This document shows positions 7,424 through 16,229 of a DNA stretch of 24,000 nt, in pieces. The translations under genes and the position numbers were made by a program. The DNA comes from Tepidisphaeraceae bacterium (GTDB taxonomy: Bacteria > Planctomycetota > Phycisphaerae > Tepidisphaerales > Tepidisphaeraceae): positions 9,470 through 33,469 of the forward strand of contig DASRRM010000034.1 of the NCBI GenBank assembly GCA_035695715.1, written 5' to 3'. Positions within the stretch are counted from its first letter, which is position 1, and each line of letters opens with the position of its first letter. The notes beneath the pieces are model-generated. The model saw only the letters and a list, made by a program, of their open reading frames with translations, was not told the DNA's origin and searched no databases.

Positions 7424-9877
7424 TTAATGATTAAACATAAACTCCTGCGAGTTTAGCAATGCCCAGAAGATGTCCACCATCACCTTCGGCCTGTTCGCCG
7501 GGCCGGCCTGTGCGATCTGTGCGCTCAGTGAGGCCATCTCCGCGTTCGTCGGATTGCGGCCGAGCGTGCGCACGTACAGGTCCACCACCATCTGCTCCGG
7601 GGTTTTCTTCTCCTGGAACATTTCGTTGATGACCGGGCTGTTGCCCACCTTGGCCGAGACGGTGTTGCCGTTGATCATCGCCAGGGCCTGCGAAAGGTTC
7701 GGGTCCATCTTCACTTCGCAGGAGCAGACGGTTTCGCGCGTGGCCCGGCCGAAGGTGGTGAGGAAGTAATCGGTCGTGGCGCCGTCGGCGATCTGCACCG
7801 CCCGCGAACCCAGCGGCAGGCCGCGGAATTTATCCTTGGTCCCGGTCGCCTCGCTCATGCAGTCCATGACCACTTCAGCGCGCATCCGGCGGATGAGCGA
7901 GTGGGAGAAATTATGCTCATCAGCCTCGTTGCTCTCATTGGTTTCCGAGGCCAGTTGATAAGTCCGCGAGGTGCAGATGTCGCGCACCAGGCGTTTGAAG
8001 TCGTAATGGTATTCGGTGAATTTCTGCGCCAGCGTGTCGAGCAGCTCGGGGTTGACGGCCGGGTTGCTCACGCGCACATCGTCGACCGGATCGATGATCC
8101 CCTTGCCGAAAAAGTGGGCCCAGACGATGTTCGACAGGTTCTTGGCGAAGTAGGGGTTATCCGAGGAAGCCAGCCATTTGGCCAGCACCACCCGGCGGTC
8201 TTTTCCCTTCACATCGGGAATTTCGCCACCGAGAAACTTCGGCTGCATGACGCGCCCGCCAACGGGGTGATTCACTTCGCCATTCCCGCGATTGAAGACG
8301 ATCGTCTCGCGCGGGTCTTCGGCCTGCTTGCGGCCGATCTGGCTGAAGAAGGCGGCAAATCCGTAGTAATCGTCCTGGGTCCAGCGGTCAAACGGATGAT
8401 TGTGGCACTGGGCGCACTGGATGCGCATGCCCATGAACACCTGGGCGGTGTTTTCCGAAACCTTCAGCGTGTCGGTGGTGATCTGGTAATAATTCGTCGC
8501 GGGGTTCTTAAATGTCCCGCCATTGGCGCCCAAAAGCTCCTGCACGATCTGATCGAATGGCACGTTGTGCGCGATCTTGTCTTCAAGCCAGTTGTAATAA
8601 AGCAGGGCATTTTTGTAGCTGACCTGCTGGCCATCAGAGCGAATCTGCAACAGCTCAGCCCATTTCATCACCCAGATGTCGACGAATTCCTTGCGCGACA
8701 GAAGCTCGTCCACCAGCTTTTCTCGCTTGGCCGAATCCTTGTCGGCCAGGAAGCGGTCGTGCTCCTCGACGGTGGGAAGATTGCCGCAGATGTCGATGTG
8801 TGCCCGGCGAAGGAAGACCTCATCGCTGCACAATTCCGAAGGAAGGATGCGCAGCTTCTTCAGCTTGGCATCCACAAGCGTGTCGATGTAGTTGTTTTCG
8901 GGAACGTCAGGGAATTTATATTGCTGACCCTTGGGAACGACGATCACCTGCGAGCCGATGGTGAACGTCGCAAATCGCGCCATGACGAATGCTTCGCCGC
9001 GATTTCCGGCTGTCACCTTTCCCTCTTCGCTCGGCTTGGCGGAATTGTCGTTGTTGGAAAGAAACAGTGCCAGGCTGGTGACATCGCGATCGGTGCCGTC
9101 GGAATAATGAGCCCGCACGGTCATCTGCTGGGTCATGCCCTCTTCCAGCACCATCTGCGGCGGCAAGATTTCCGCCGACACCGGCTTCGCTACTTTCGCC
9201 ACATCGTCGTCCGGTGCGCCGGCTTTCAGCCAGGCCAGCAGCGTGTTGTAGCGCGGCGTGCCGGGCTTGAAGCGCTCGCCGCCGGTGTGAGGAACCTTGC
9301 CGGTGGCTTTGGTCAGCACCAGGCTTTCCTCGGGAAGCGCAAGATCGATCCGCCGGCTGGTAATCTGGCGGGTGAGAGAGTTGTAGTCGGCCGCCGGCTC
9401 AAATCCGAAAAGCGACAGGCGGAACCCGTCGCGCCCGCGCGCCGCGCCATGGCAGCCGCCCACGTTGCAGCCGGAGCGCAGGAAGATCGGCATCACATCC
9501 AGCCGGAAGCTGATGGGCCGGGTGACCGTCGCATCCTTCACCACCACCGGCACCGTCACCGATTGATCGTGCCAGGTCACCTTCACCTGGGTCTGTCCAT
9601 CGGCCAGCGGCTTAAACACGTTCCCGTCGATGCCGGCCAACTTTGGGTCGGCCAATTCAAATTTCACCTCGGAGGTGATGTCCTGGGTGATGCCATCGGG
9701 CCGGGTGGTCTGCACCACGACAGACTGCGTGTCGGTGGCGGATTCCAGGTTGATGTCGGCGGGGAAAACGTGGAAGGGGGGCGGGGCGGGTTTATCGTCG
9801 GCGCGGGAGATTGGCGCGAAGAGCGCGATGGCGGACAAAGCGCCCAGGGCGACGATATTGGAAAATGCTTTTCTCAT
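7424..9877 (-). CDS. Secreted Ig-like (Big_2) + DUF1549 (PSCyt2) + DUF1553 (PSD1) domain protein
   Basis: Start chosen at ATG 9877, giving MRKAFSNIVALGALSAIALFAPISRA (signal peptide). The 27 upstream codons of the ORF are encoded by REP hairpins. Motifs include SGCNVGGCHGAARGRDGFRLSLFG, RIQCAQCHNHPFDRWTQDDYYGFAAFF, NPYFAKNLSNIVWAHFFGKGI and a C-terminal FWALLNSQEFMFNH, typical of this family. Confidence 0.92.
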   Translation of the reverse strand: MRKAFSNIVALGALSAIALFAPISRADDKPAPPPFHVFPADINLESATDTQSVVVQTTRPDGITQDITSEVKFELADPKLAGIDGNVFKPLADGQTQVKVTWHDQSVTVPVVVKDATVTRPISFRLDVMPIFLRSGCNVGGCHGAARGRDGFRLSLFGFEPAADYNSLTRQITSRRIDLALPEESLVLTKATGKVPHTGGERFKPGTPRYNTLLAWLKAGAPDDDVAKVAKPVSAEILPPQMVLEEGMTQQMTVRAHYSDGTDRDVTSLALFLSNNDNSAKPSEEGKVTAGNRGEAFVMARFATFTIGSQVIVVPKGQQYKFPDVPENNYIDTLVDAKLKKLRILPSELCSDEVFLRRAHIDICGNLPTVEEHDRFLADKDSAKREKLVDELLSRKEFVDIWVMKWAELLQIRSDGQQVSYKNALLYYNWLEDKIAHNVPFDQIVQELLGANGGTFKNPATNYYQITTDTLKVSENTAQVFMGMRIQCAQCHNHPFDRWTQDDYYGFAAFFSQIGRKQAEDPRETIVFNRGNGEVNHPVGGRVMQPKFLGGEIPDVKGKDRRVVLAKWLASSDNPYFAKNLSNIVWAHFFGKGIIDPVDDVRVSNPAVNPELLDTLAQKFTEYHYDFKRLVRDICTSRTYQLASETNESNEADEHNFSHSLIRRMRAEVVMDCMSEATGTKDKFRGLPLGSRAVQIADGATTDYFLTTFGRATRETVCSCEVKMDPNLSQALAMINGNTVSAKVGNSPVINEMFQEKKTPEQMVVDLYVRTLGRNPTNAEMASLSAQIAQAGPANRPKVMVDIFWALLNSQEFMFNH

Positions 9878-9932
9878 AGTAACACCCACTGGAGTCATGT
9901 ACTCTTTGCTCGGGCCTGAATCTGGTCGGACG

Positions 9933-10003
9933 GTAGGGTGGGCGATTACGCTCACCATTGACGTCGGGATCAGAGGGCTGGTGGGCGAGTACGCCCACCC
10001 TAC
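9933..10003. repeat. REP-like element: two small hairpins GGTGGGCG-ATTA-CGCTCACC (9937-9956) and GGTGGGCG-AGTA-CGCCCACC (9980-9999) inside an outer inverted repeat GTAGGGTGGGCG / CGCCCACCCTAC
   Basis: Read directly from the sequence. The outer 12-nt arms at 9933-9944 and 9992-10003 are perfect complements. The element lies 56 nt upstream of the ATG at 9877. Confidence 0.7.
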
Positions 10004-10235
10004 GGTTTCATCCTTCGAGGGATTGATTTCCCTGTGCGCGGTCCTTCGTCGGACGTTGGCGGCATGAGGCTTTTGATTCGCGAAGCCGCAACCGGCTAAA
10101 ACTCACCCAACTACAGCACTTTTCATCTTGGTCGTTCTTCTACATTACTCCCAAATCTTTAGGACTCCGACCGCTATCCTCATTTTGCTCGCAACCGGTC
10201 CTCGGTCCTCGTCGCTTTGTCGGTGTTTGCTCACC

Positions 10236-12701
10236 CTACTTCTGTCCCTGTTCCTGCCGAAGCTTTTCCAAACGGGATAATGACGGTCCTGCTGCGGGCT
10301 TGGGGCCGGGTTTATTGGCGGCCACTGGCGCGGGGGCCGGCTGGTTCGCCTTGGGGGGCTCGGGTTTGTCGATGCGAAGCGTCCCGCCCTGGCCGATGTT
10401 ATGGACGATCGGCTCGCCATTTTTCATGATGGTGAGCTGGCAGAATAAGCCGGGATGATTGCCCGGCGGGGCTTTGTCAGTCAGCGTGATGGGGAAACTC
10501 GCCAGCTTATCAGCCGAGCTGACTTCGATTTCCTCAGCCGTCACATTTGCCGGCAGGCCCAGCAGCTTTGCCTTGGCTTTTCCGTCGAACGGAATCTTCT
10601 GATCGAGCTTGAACGACACTGCGGCGGTTTTGCCTTGCTCGGCAGCGGTCATCTGCGTGCTGGCCAGCACATACGGGGCGGCAATTTCCAGGTCGATCAA
10701 CTCCGACGAGACCCAAAGCTGCCCGTTGTTATCCGACATCCCAACCACGCAGATTTTCCAGGTCTTGATGGCGGCGTTTTGCTGGGCGTTGATCGGGTAC
10801 ATCACCTCGCTCTTGTCGCCCGGCATATCGACTGCCGATATTGCCCCGATGTTGGGCGGCGTGAACAGCAATCGCACCTGAATGGGCGCTTTGAAATCCG
10901 CCGCCCGCTCGGCCGTCACTTTTAACTCCATCGATCCACCCTGCACCAGCGGCACCTTGGGCTGCACCAGGTGCAGCTTGAACGGGGCTTCCTTGGTCAC
11001 CGCAACAGCCAGCGTATCCACCTTCGTCGCGTACAGCGCGGAGTTATTGTTGCCGTAAACGAGATCGACCTTCTGCTCGTAATGTCCCTTGACATCAAGC
11101 TTCTGCTTTTCGTCGGCGGATTTTCCGGTGATCTCGCACAGCTTTCCGCCGATGGGCGCATCGGGCCGCGCTTCAAACACCACCGGCACCACATCGCTAT
11201 CGCCGGGGTTGGGCGCCTGCATGGTGATGCCGTCGGGCAGGCCGACTGCCGAGAGGGAAACCTCGCCGCCGAAGTTGATGCGCTGGGCGCGCATCAACGT
11301 GGCATAGCGGTTTCCCCGCGGCACGGGGACCGTCCAGCGTTCCTGCGAATTCTGGGCATATTGTGGAATGCTGAAAACCAAATCCTGCTTCACATGGTTG
11401 ATTTCGACGCGATAGGCGTAATCGAGGCCGCCTTGTTTTAGCTGATCGGTGATGCCGATGACGTATTCCCCATCTTCAGACACGTTAAAACGGATGTAAC
11501 TGTCGGGACCACCCGAATCATCGTTGCTGGCGATTTGCCCGCCCTTGGCGTTGTATAAGGTCAACACCGAATCGAGCGGCGAACGGAGCTTGCGCGCGTA
11601 AACCTGCAGATCAAGCTGCTGTCCCTTTTTTGCCTTGAACTTGAAGAAGTCGACATCGCCCGGCTTTTCAATAATACCGTTGAACGCAACGGGCAGCTCG
11701 CCGTCGTATGCCGTCGCACTGGCTACATCATCATTCGGCTCTTTCTCCATTACGTTGGGCATATCGCTGACGCGGAGATGGTTAGGCGAAGGAGCGATCT
11801 GGCCTTCCTGCTCTGGAAACGCATCGAGAGAATCGGTGGCCTTGTCCGGAAGCTTGATCGTCTGCGAAAACGGGCCGGTTACATCGCCCAGAAACTGCAC
11901 ATGCAATTCCTCGCCCGGCTTGCCGCCCAGCGGGAAGCAAATCGTCGGCCGCGGATAGGTGCCGACGTGCATTAGATAATGCGATCCCTGCCCATAACTC
12001 GATTCGCGAAGCAGTATAATATAGCGCCCGTCGGCGGGGATGATGGTCGAGGCGATTGGGTCCTGCATCGCCAAGGCGGTGTCATCGGACACGGCCAGCT
12101 CGAAACGCTTTTCGTCAAGGATGGCGACATACGGATCGAAGAGTTCGCCCAGCCGCATGCCATGAACCTCGGCGGTCAGCCGCTGCCCCTTCTTCATGTT
12201 GACGGCAAAATATTGCACCTGCTCATTGGCAACGGTGCCGCTGACGGTGACGTTGAGCGGGATTTCCTGGGGATGATCGAAATCGTAATACACCTTTCCC
12301 TTGGCGTCGGGCTTGCCTTCTTCCATGGGAATGATGGGGAACGGACCAACATATAAGGTGCGCAGCTCGGAAATGCCGGTCTCGCTGCGAACGCGAACAC
12401 AGTATTCGCCGACGCGGGCGTTGGCGTCTATCTTAAGGTGTGCGTGAAGATCGCCGGGCCCTTTGGCTTGCAACGGGGAAACGGCGATGCCAGGGGAATA
12501 GACCAGGAGTTCTTTGGCGTCTTCGAAGTGTGCTCCTTGGAGGGTGACATCGGTTTCGGTGCCGCGTTGCACGCCGCGTGGGGCGATATTGGCAAGCGTG
12601 GGGGAATTGGCCCAGGTGCAACAGGAGAAGGCCATCAAAAACAGGCAGCCGATGAGGGCTGCCGATGTGCGCTGCGCGACGACCGTGGTTTTGCCATACA
12701 T
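10236..12701 (-). CDS. Secreted protein with two PPC (bacterial pre-peptidase C-terminal-like) domains and a Pro-rich tail
   Basis: ATG at 12701 gives MYGKTTVVAQRTSAALIGCLFLMAFSCCTWA (signal peptide); the ORF-track start at 12731 is GTG. PPC signature: EKEPNDDVASATAY...GIIEKPGDVDFFKFKAKKGQQLDLQVY...LDSVLTLYNAKGGQIASNDDSGGPDSYI. An earlier related domain reads YFAVNMKKGQRLTAEVHG...DPYVAILDEKRFELAVSDD. The C-terminus is KPEPPKANQPAPAPVAANKPGPKPAAGP. Confidence 0.88.
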   Translation of the reverse strand: MYGKTTVVAQRTSAALIGCLFLMAFSCCTWANSPTLANIAPRGVQRGTETDVTLQGAHFEDAKELLVYSPGIAVSPLQAKGPGDLHAHLKIDANARVGEYCVRVRSETGISELRTLYVGPFPIIPMEEGKPDAKGKVYYDFDHPQEIPLNVTVSGTVANEQVQYFAVNMKKGQRLTAEVHGMRLGELFDPYVAILDEKRFELAVSDDTALAMQDPIASTIIPADGRYIILLRESSYGQGSHYLMHVGTYPRPTICFPLGGKPGEELHVQFLGDVTGPFSQTIKLPDKATDSLDAFPEQEGQIAPSPNHLRVSDMPNVMEKEPNDDVASATAYDGELPVAFNGIIEKPGDVDFFKFKAKKGQQLDLQVYARKLRSPLDSVLTLYNAKGGQIASNDDSGGPDSYIRFNVSEDGEYVIGITDQLKQGGLDYAYRVEINHVKQDLVFSIPQYAQNSQERWTVPVPRGNRYATLMRAQRINFGGEVSLSAVGLPDGITMQAPNPGDSDVVPVVFEARPDAPIGGKLCEITGKSADEKQKLDVKGHYEQKVDLVYGNNNSALYATKVDTLAVAVTKEAPFKLHLVQPKVPLVQGGSMELKVTAERAADFKAPIQVRLLFTPPNIGAISAVDMPGDKSEVMYPINAQQNAAIKTWKICVVGMSDNNGQLWVSSELIDLEIAAPYVLASTQMTAAEQGKTAAVSFKLDQKIPFDGKAKAKLLGLPANVTAEEIEVSSADKLASFPITLTDKAPPGNHPGLFCQLTIMKNGEPIVHNIGQGGTLRIDKPEPPKANQPAPAPVAANKPGPKPAAGPSLSRLEKLRQEQGQK

Positions 12702-12824
12702 ACAGGGCTTTCGTACGACTTTGCGACTCACCGGGTTCTTTACTTGCCGCGGCGCTGGCGAACGTCATTTTTGACGCGAAGGTGCGAAGAATCGAAGGAC
12801 GCGAATGGGAACTCGTCGCGCCTC

Positions 12825-12891
12825 CCGTATCACGGGCGTCTCGCCCGTGTTTTCATTCAAGCAGGGCACGGGCGAGACGCCCGTGATACGG
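12825..12891. repeat. Perfect 25-bp inverted repeat CCGTATCACGGGCGTCTCGCCCGTG / CACGGGCGAGACGCCCGTGATACGG (17-nt loop), REP-like
   Basis: Arms at 12825-12849 and 12867-12891 were checked base by base. It lies in the 309-nt gap between the DUF1501 stop (13011) and the PPC-protein start (12701). Confidence 0.85.
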
Positions 12892-13010
12892 AAGTCCAAT
12901 TCATTAAGATTACGAACACGCGCGAACTGGTCGCACCTTTCGCGTCCTTCGGCCTCTTCGAACCTTCGCGTCAAAAAATGGCCGTCGAAAACGCTGAGAG
13001 TCCGAAAACC

Positions 13011-14363
13011 TCACGCCAGCAGATCATTAATCACATGCCCGTCATGCACGATGTCGATCGGGCGGTTGCCCGGCGAAATCAGGCGCTTGTCGGGGTCGAT
13101 GCCTAGCTGGTGGTAGATGGTGGCCGAGAGATCGGCGACCGACACCGGGCTGTCGGCGGGCTCTGCGCCGGTCGGATCGGACGAGCCGTAGATCAGGCCC
13201 TTCTTGATTCCGCCGCCGGCCAGGATGATGCTGAAGCATTTCGGCCAGTGATCGCGGCCTTCATTCTGATTCACCTTTGGCGTGCGGCCGAATTCCGAGC
13301 TGACCATGATCAGCGTCGAATCGAGCAGCTTGCGCGTTTCGAGATCGCGAATGAGGGCGGCAAACGCCTTGTCGAACGCGGGCATTTCGCGCTGGAACGA
13401 TTGTTTGATCTGCCCGTGATGGTCCCATCCGCCGTAGGTCGTGGAGACGAAGCGAACGCCCCCTTCAACCAGCCGCCGGGCCAACAACATGCGCATGCCG
13501 GCCGAATTGCGGCCATATTGTTCCTTGACCGCGTCCGGCTCAGCGCTCAGATCGAACGCCTCGCGCGCTTCCTTCGAGCTGATCATGCTGTATGCCCGCG
13601 TATAGAACGAATCCATCGCGGCCAGCGAATCGCTCTTCTCGGCGGTGCGGAAATGATTGTCGACCGTCGACAAAATGCTCTGGCGACGCTCGAAGCGGCT
13701 GGTGTCGACATCGCCCGCCAGGGCAAGATCGCGCACTTTGAAGCCGCCGTTGGCCGGATCTGCGCCCAGGCTGAACGGGCCATACTTCGTGCTGAGATAA
13801 CCCGACCCGGCATAAGGATTGGGCATGCTCGGCACGCAAACATAGGGCGGCATATTCTTGCGCGGGCCGAACTCTTCACTCACCACCGAGCCAAAGCTGG
13901 GGAAGTTGATGGCGGGGCTGGGGCGATACCCGGTGAACATGTTGTGCGTGCCGCGTTCGTGGGCGGCTTCGCCATGCGTCATCGAGCGGATGACGCAGAT
14001 TTTGTCGGCGACCTGCGAGGTTTCCTTCATCGTTTCCGAGAAGACTTCGCCATCGAGGTTGGTCTTGATCGTGCCGAACGGGCCGCGATATTCGATGGGC
14101 GCTTCGGGCTTTGGGTCGAGCCATTCGTGGCTGGAAATGCCGCCCGGCAGGAAGATATGGATTACCGATTTCGCCTTACCCTCAGGCAGATTGAGAGTCG
14201 CGCCCGGCATGGCGACTTCGCTGCCAAAAGCGCGGGCCTTGAGGAAATCGCCAAGCGACAGGCCAAGGCCGCCGATCAATCCGACGTACATGAATTCCCG
14301 GCGTGAAAATCCCGGACGCACGTGATCTTTACCACCACACCAGGATCGCAAATTGGACGGCAT
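13011..14363 (-). CDS. DUF1501 domain protein (sulfatase / alkaline-phosphatase-like fold) with a twin-arginine signal
   Basis: ATG at 14363 gives MPSNLRSWCGGKDHVRPGFSRREFMYVGLIGGLGLSLG (Tat motif SRREFM); the ORF-track start at 14399 is GTG. Family-typical motifs: IHIFLPGGISSHEWLDPKP, RSMTHGEAAHERG, GGWDHHG, SSEFGRTP and GRDHWP. Confidence 0.92.
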   Translation of the reverse strand: MPSNLRSWCGGKDHVRPGFSRREFMYVGLIGGLGLSLGDFLKARAFGSEVAMPGATLNLPEGKAKSVIHIFLPGGISSHEWLDPKPEAPIEYRGPFGTIKTNLDGEVFSETMKETSQVADKICVIRSMTHGEAAHERGTHNMFTGYRPSPAINFPSFGSVVSEEFGPRKNMPPYVCVPSMPNPYAGSGYLSTKYGPFSLGADPANGGFKVRDLALAGDVDTSRFERRQSILSTVDNHFRTAEKSDSLAAMDSFYTRAYSMISSKEAREAFDLSAEPDAVKEQYGRNSAGMRMLLARRLVEGGVRFVSTTYGGWDHHGQIKQSFQREMPAFDKAFAALIRDLETRKLLDSTLIMVSSEFGRTPKVNQNEGRDHWPKCFSIILAGGGIKKGLIYGSSDPTGAEPADSPVSVADLSATIYHQLGIDPDKRLISPGNRPIDIVHDGHVINDLLA

Positions 14364-14507
14364 AATGCACCTCTTCGTTAATAATTCGCTACTTCCCACA
14401 TTAGTTTAGTAGTCAACGCCAATCGTGTTGAGACGTTGAGCCAGAAAAGTTATCGGCACAGGGACCGATAAAACCCCGCGAAATAGCGGGACCGATGGGT
14501 TGGCCAA

Positions 14508-14543
14508 GTGAAAAATGAAGAATGCAGAGTGAAGAATGAAGAA
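14508..14543. repeat. Purine-rich GAAGAATG-type repeat; contains a 22-nt exact match (14516-14537) to the reverse complement of 20864-20885
   Basis: The sequence is gtgaaaaatgaagaatgcagagtgaagaatgaagaac. The 22-mer tgaagaatgcagagtgaagaat was checked by hand against attcttcactctgcattcttca. Confidence 0.75.
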
Positions 14544-14889
14544 CGACAACTTCACCTGAAGCGGGCCAATGCTTACGGTTGATCGGCTCGCGTGATCATC
14601 TCTCATTGACGGCATTGGCGTTCCGATTTAATTCGCCATTCGTCATCCGGACTTGATCCATCATTCGTCGTTTGGATTTCAAGATTTCAAATCTCCTCTT
14701 CTTCCCGCGCATCAAATCCCAAAAAATTATTTCCCCGCTCTTTTCCCGTTTTCCTCCGCCCCCGCCAGTGCTTCGGCGCAAAGCAAGTTTATGACATGGC
14801 ATCATTTAGCTCCCTAACCATTCACGGCCCGCGCCCACGCCGGTATACGAACGGTGGAGGGAATCTGGCGGCGTCGCGAAGGAGTGTTG

Positions 14890-15882
14890 ATGAGCATACC
14901 GCTGACGGTACGCCAGGAAGCAGTCACGCCCGGGGCTTTTGCCCGGCGCGCGGCGCAAGCCATCGGCGGGCCGCTGCGGGCACTGTCCATCCGCGCCGTC
15001 CAGATCAATATCGGACTTCGCTGCGATCTGTCCTGCCGCCATTGTCATGTGCAGGCTTCCCCCAAACGCAAAGAGCAGATGTCCTGGGAAACCATGAAAC
15101 TGGCGCTGCTGGCGGCGCAAAAAGTAAAGGCCGCCACCATCGACATCACCGGGGGCGCCCCGGAAATGCATCCGCGTTTTCGCCGGCTGATCGAGGCCAT
15201 TCGCGCCGCGGGGTTGCAGGCGATCGTCCGCACCAATCTCACGCCGCTATTGAAAAAGCCATACCGCGATCTCCCGGAATTTCTCAAAAAGCATCGCGTG
15301 CATCTCATCGCGTCGCTCCCATCGTTCATCGAAGCCAACGTCGACCGCCAGCGCGGGCCCGGCGTTTATCGCCAGGGCATCGAAGTCCTGAAACTGCTCA
15401 ACGCCGTCGGCTACGGCATCGACGCCACGCTGCCACTCGACTTGGTTTACAATCCCCCCGGCGCATCGCTGCCGCGACGGCAGGTCGATCTGGAGCGCGA
15501 CTTCAAGCGCGAGCTCGATCATCGCTATGGCATCCGCTTCACGCAGCTCATCGCGATCGCCAACATGCCGGTCGGCCGTTTCCGCAGCGAATTGCATCGC
15601 CAGGGAAAAAACGCCGGGTATATGAAGATGCTGGTGGAGCAATTCAATCCCGACACGCTGGAAGGCCTGATGTGCCGCCATCAGTTGCACGTAGGTTGGG
15701 ATGGCACGTTGTACGACTGCGACTTCAACAGCGGCCTGTTGCTGTCAGTGAACGCCAGCACCCCCGCCAACATCCGCGACTTCAATCCGACGACCTATTT
15801 GCAAAGGCAAATCTGCACCGCGGAGCATTGCTTTGGATGTGCGGCGGGATGGGGATCGTCGTTTGGGGGGGCGCTGGTGTAA
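14890..15882 (+). CDS. arsS: Radical SAM / Cys-rich domain protein of the ArsS (arsenosugar biosynthesis radical SAM) family
   Basis: ATG at 14890 is preceded by GGAG at 14881; the ORF-track start at 14854 is GTG. Motifs: VQINIGLRCDLSCRHCHV (CxxxCxxC), DITGGAPEMHPRF, VRTNLT, ASLPSF..DRQRGPGVY, LVYNPPGASLP, MCRHQLHVGWDGTLYDCDFN, and a C-terminal HCFGCAAGWGSSFGGAL. This pattern matches my memory of TIGR04167/ArsS. Confidence 0.82.
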   Translation: MSIPLTVRQEAVTPGAFARRAAQAIGGPLRALSIRAVQINIGLRCDLSCRHCHVQASPKRKEQMSWETMKLALLAAQKVKAATIDITGGAPEMHPRFRRLIEAIRAAGLQAIVRTNLTPLLKKPYRDLPEFLKKHRVHLIASLPSFIEANVDRQRGPGVYRQGIEVLKLLNAVGYGIDATLPLDLVYNPPGASLPRRQVDLERDFKRELDHRYGIRFTQLIAIANMPVGRFRSELHRQGKNAGYMKMLVEQFNPDTLEGLMCRHQLHVGWDGTLYDCDFNSGLLLSVNASTPANIRDFNPTTYLQRQICTAEHCFGCAAGWGSSFGGALV

Positions 15883-15944
15883 TATAATTGGGGTGTGGAA
15901 ATCTTCGCTGACGACCTTGTGGTTTCCCCACGATACCGCAATTT

Positions 15945-15954
15945 ATGCTAGCAT
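15945..15954. promoter_or_regulatory. Perfect 10-bp palindrome ATGCTAGCAT upstream of the antitoxin gene (possible autoregulatory operator)
   Basis: Read directly from the sequence; it ends 17 nt before the ATG at 15972. The function is inferred only from the common autoregulation of TA operons. Confidence 0.25.
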
Positions 15955-15971
15955 GTTTCTGGAGATTGGAT

Positions 15972-16229
15972 ATGCCACTGACCATTTCACTTCCCTCCAG
16001 CGCTGAGGAAAAGCTCCGGAAGCGGGCCGATGCCGCTGGACAGGACGTCACGAAATATGCCGAGCTTTTGATTATCAAGCAACTTGACGCACCGCAGTCG
16101 CTGGCCGAGGCGGCCGAGCCGCTCGCCGCCGCCGTCGATGCCAGCGGAATTTCTGATAACGAATTCCTTTCGGTTGTTCAAGATGCTCGTGACGCAGCCC
16201 GCAAAGCGCGACACCAAAATAGATCATGA
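15972..16229 (+). CDS. Ribbon-helix-helix (CopG/Arc-like) antitoxin
   Basis: ATG at 15972 with GGAG at 15961-15964. The N-terminus PLTISLPSSAEEKLRKRADAAGQDVTKYAELLIIKQL fits strand-helix-helix. The stop overlaps the PIN gene start (ATGA at 16226-16229). An alternative ATG at 15945 is less well placed. Confidence 0.7.
   Translation: MPLTISLPSSAEEKLRKRADAAGQDVTKYAELLIIKQLDAPQSLAEAAEPLAAAVDASGISDNEFLSVVQDARDAARKARHQNRS

Noticed and set aside
7901-9919. 672-aa plus-strand ORF
   Set aside because: It is a shadow of the DUF1549/1553 gene, with no recognisable domains and an Arg/Gly/His bias.
9878-9958. 27-codon N-terminal extension of the DUF1549/1553 ORF
   Set aside because: It is encoded partly by the REP hairpin (peptide IAHPTVRP). 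ATG 9877 yields a canonical signal peptide.
13110-14306. 398-aa plus-strand ORF
   Set aside because: It is a shadow of the DUF1501 gene and has an Arg/Ala-rich composition.
15820-15882. Selenocysteine recoding in the ArsS C-terminus
   Set aside because: The relevant codon is TTT, not an in-frame TGA, and I saw no SECIS-like hairpin downstream.
14796-15887. 363-aa alternative frame overlapping arsS
   Set aside because: It is extremely Arg/Pro/Ser-rich. The other frame carries the CxxxCxxC radical SAM signature.
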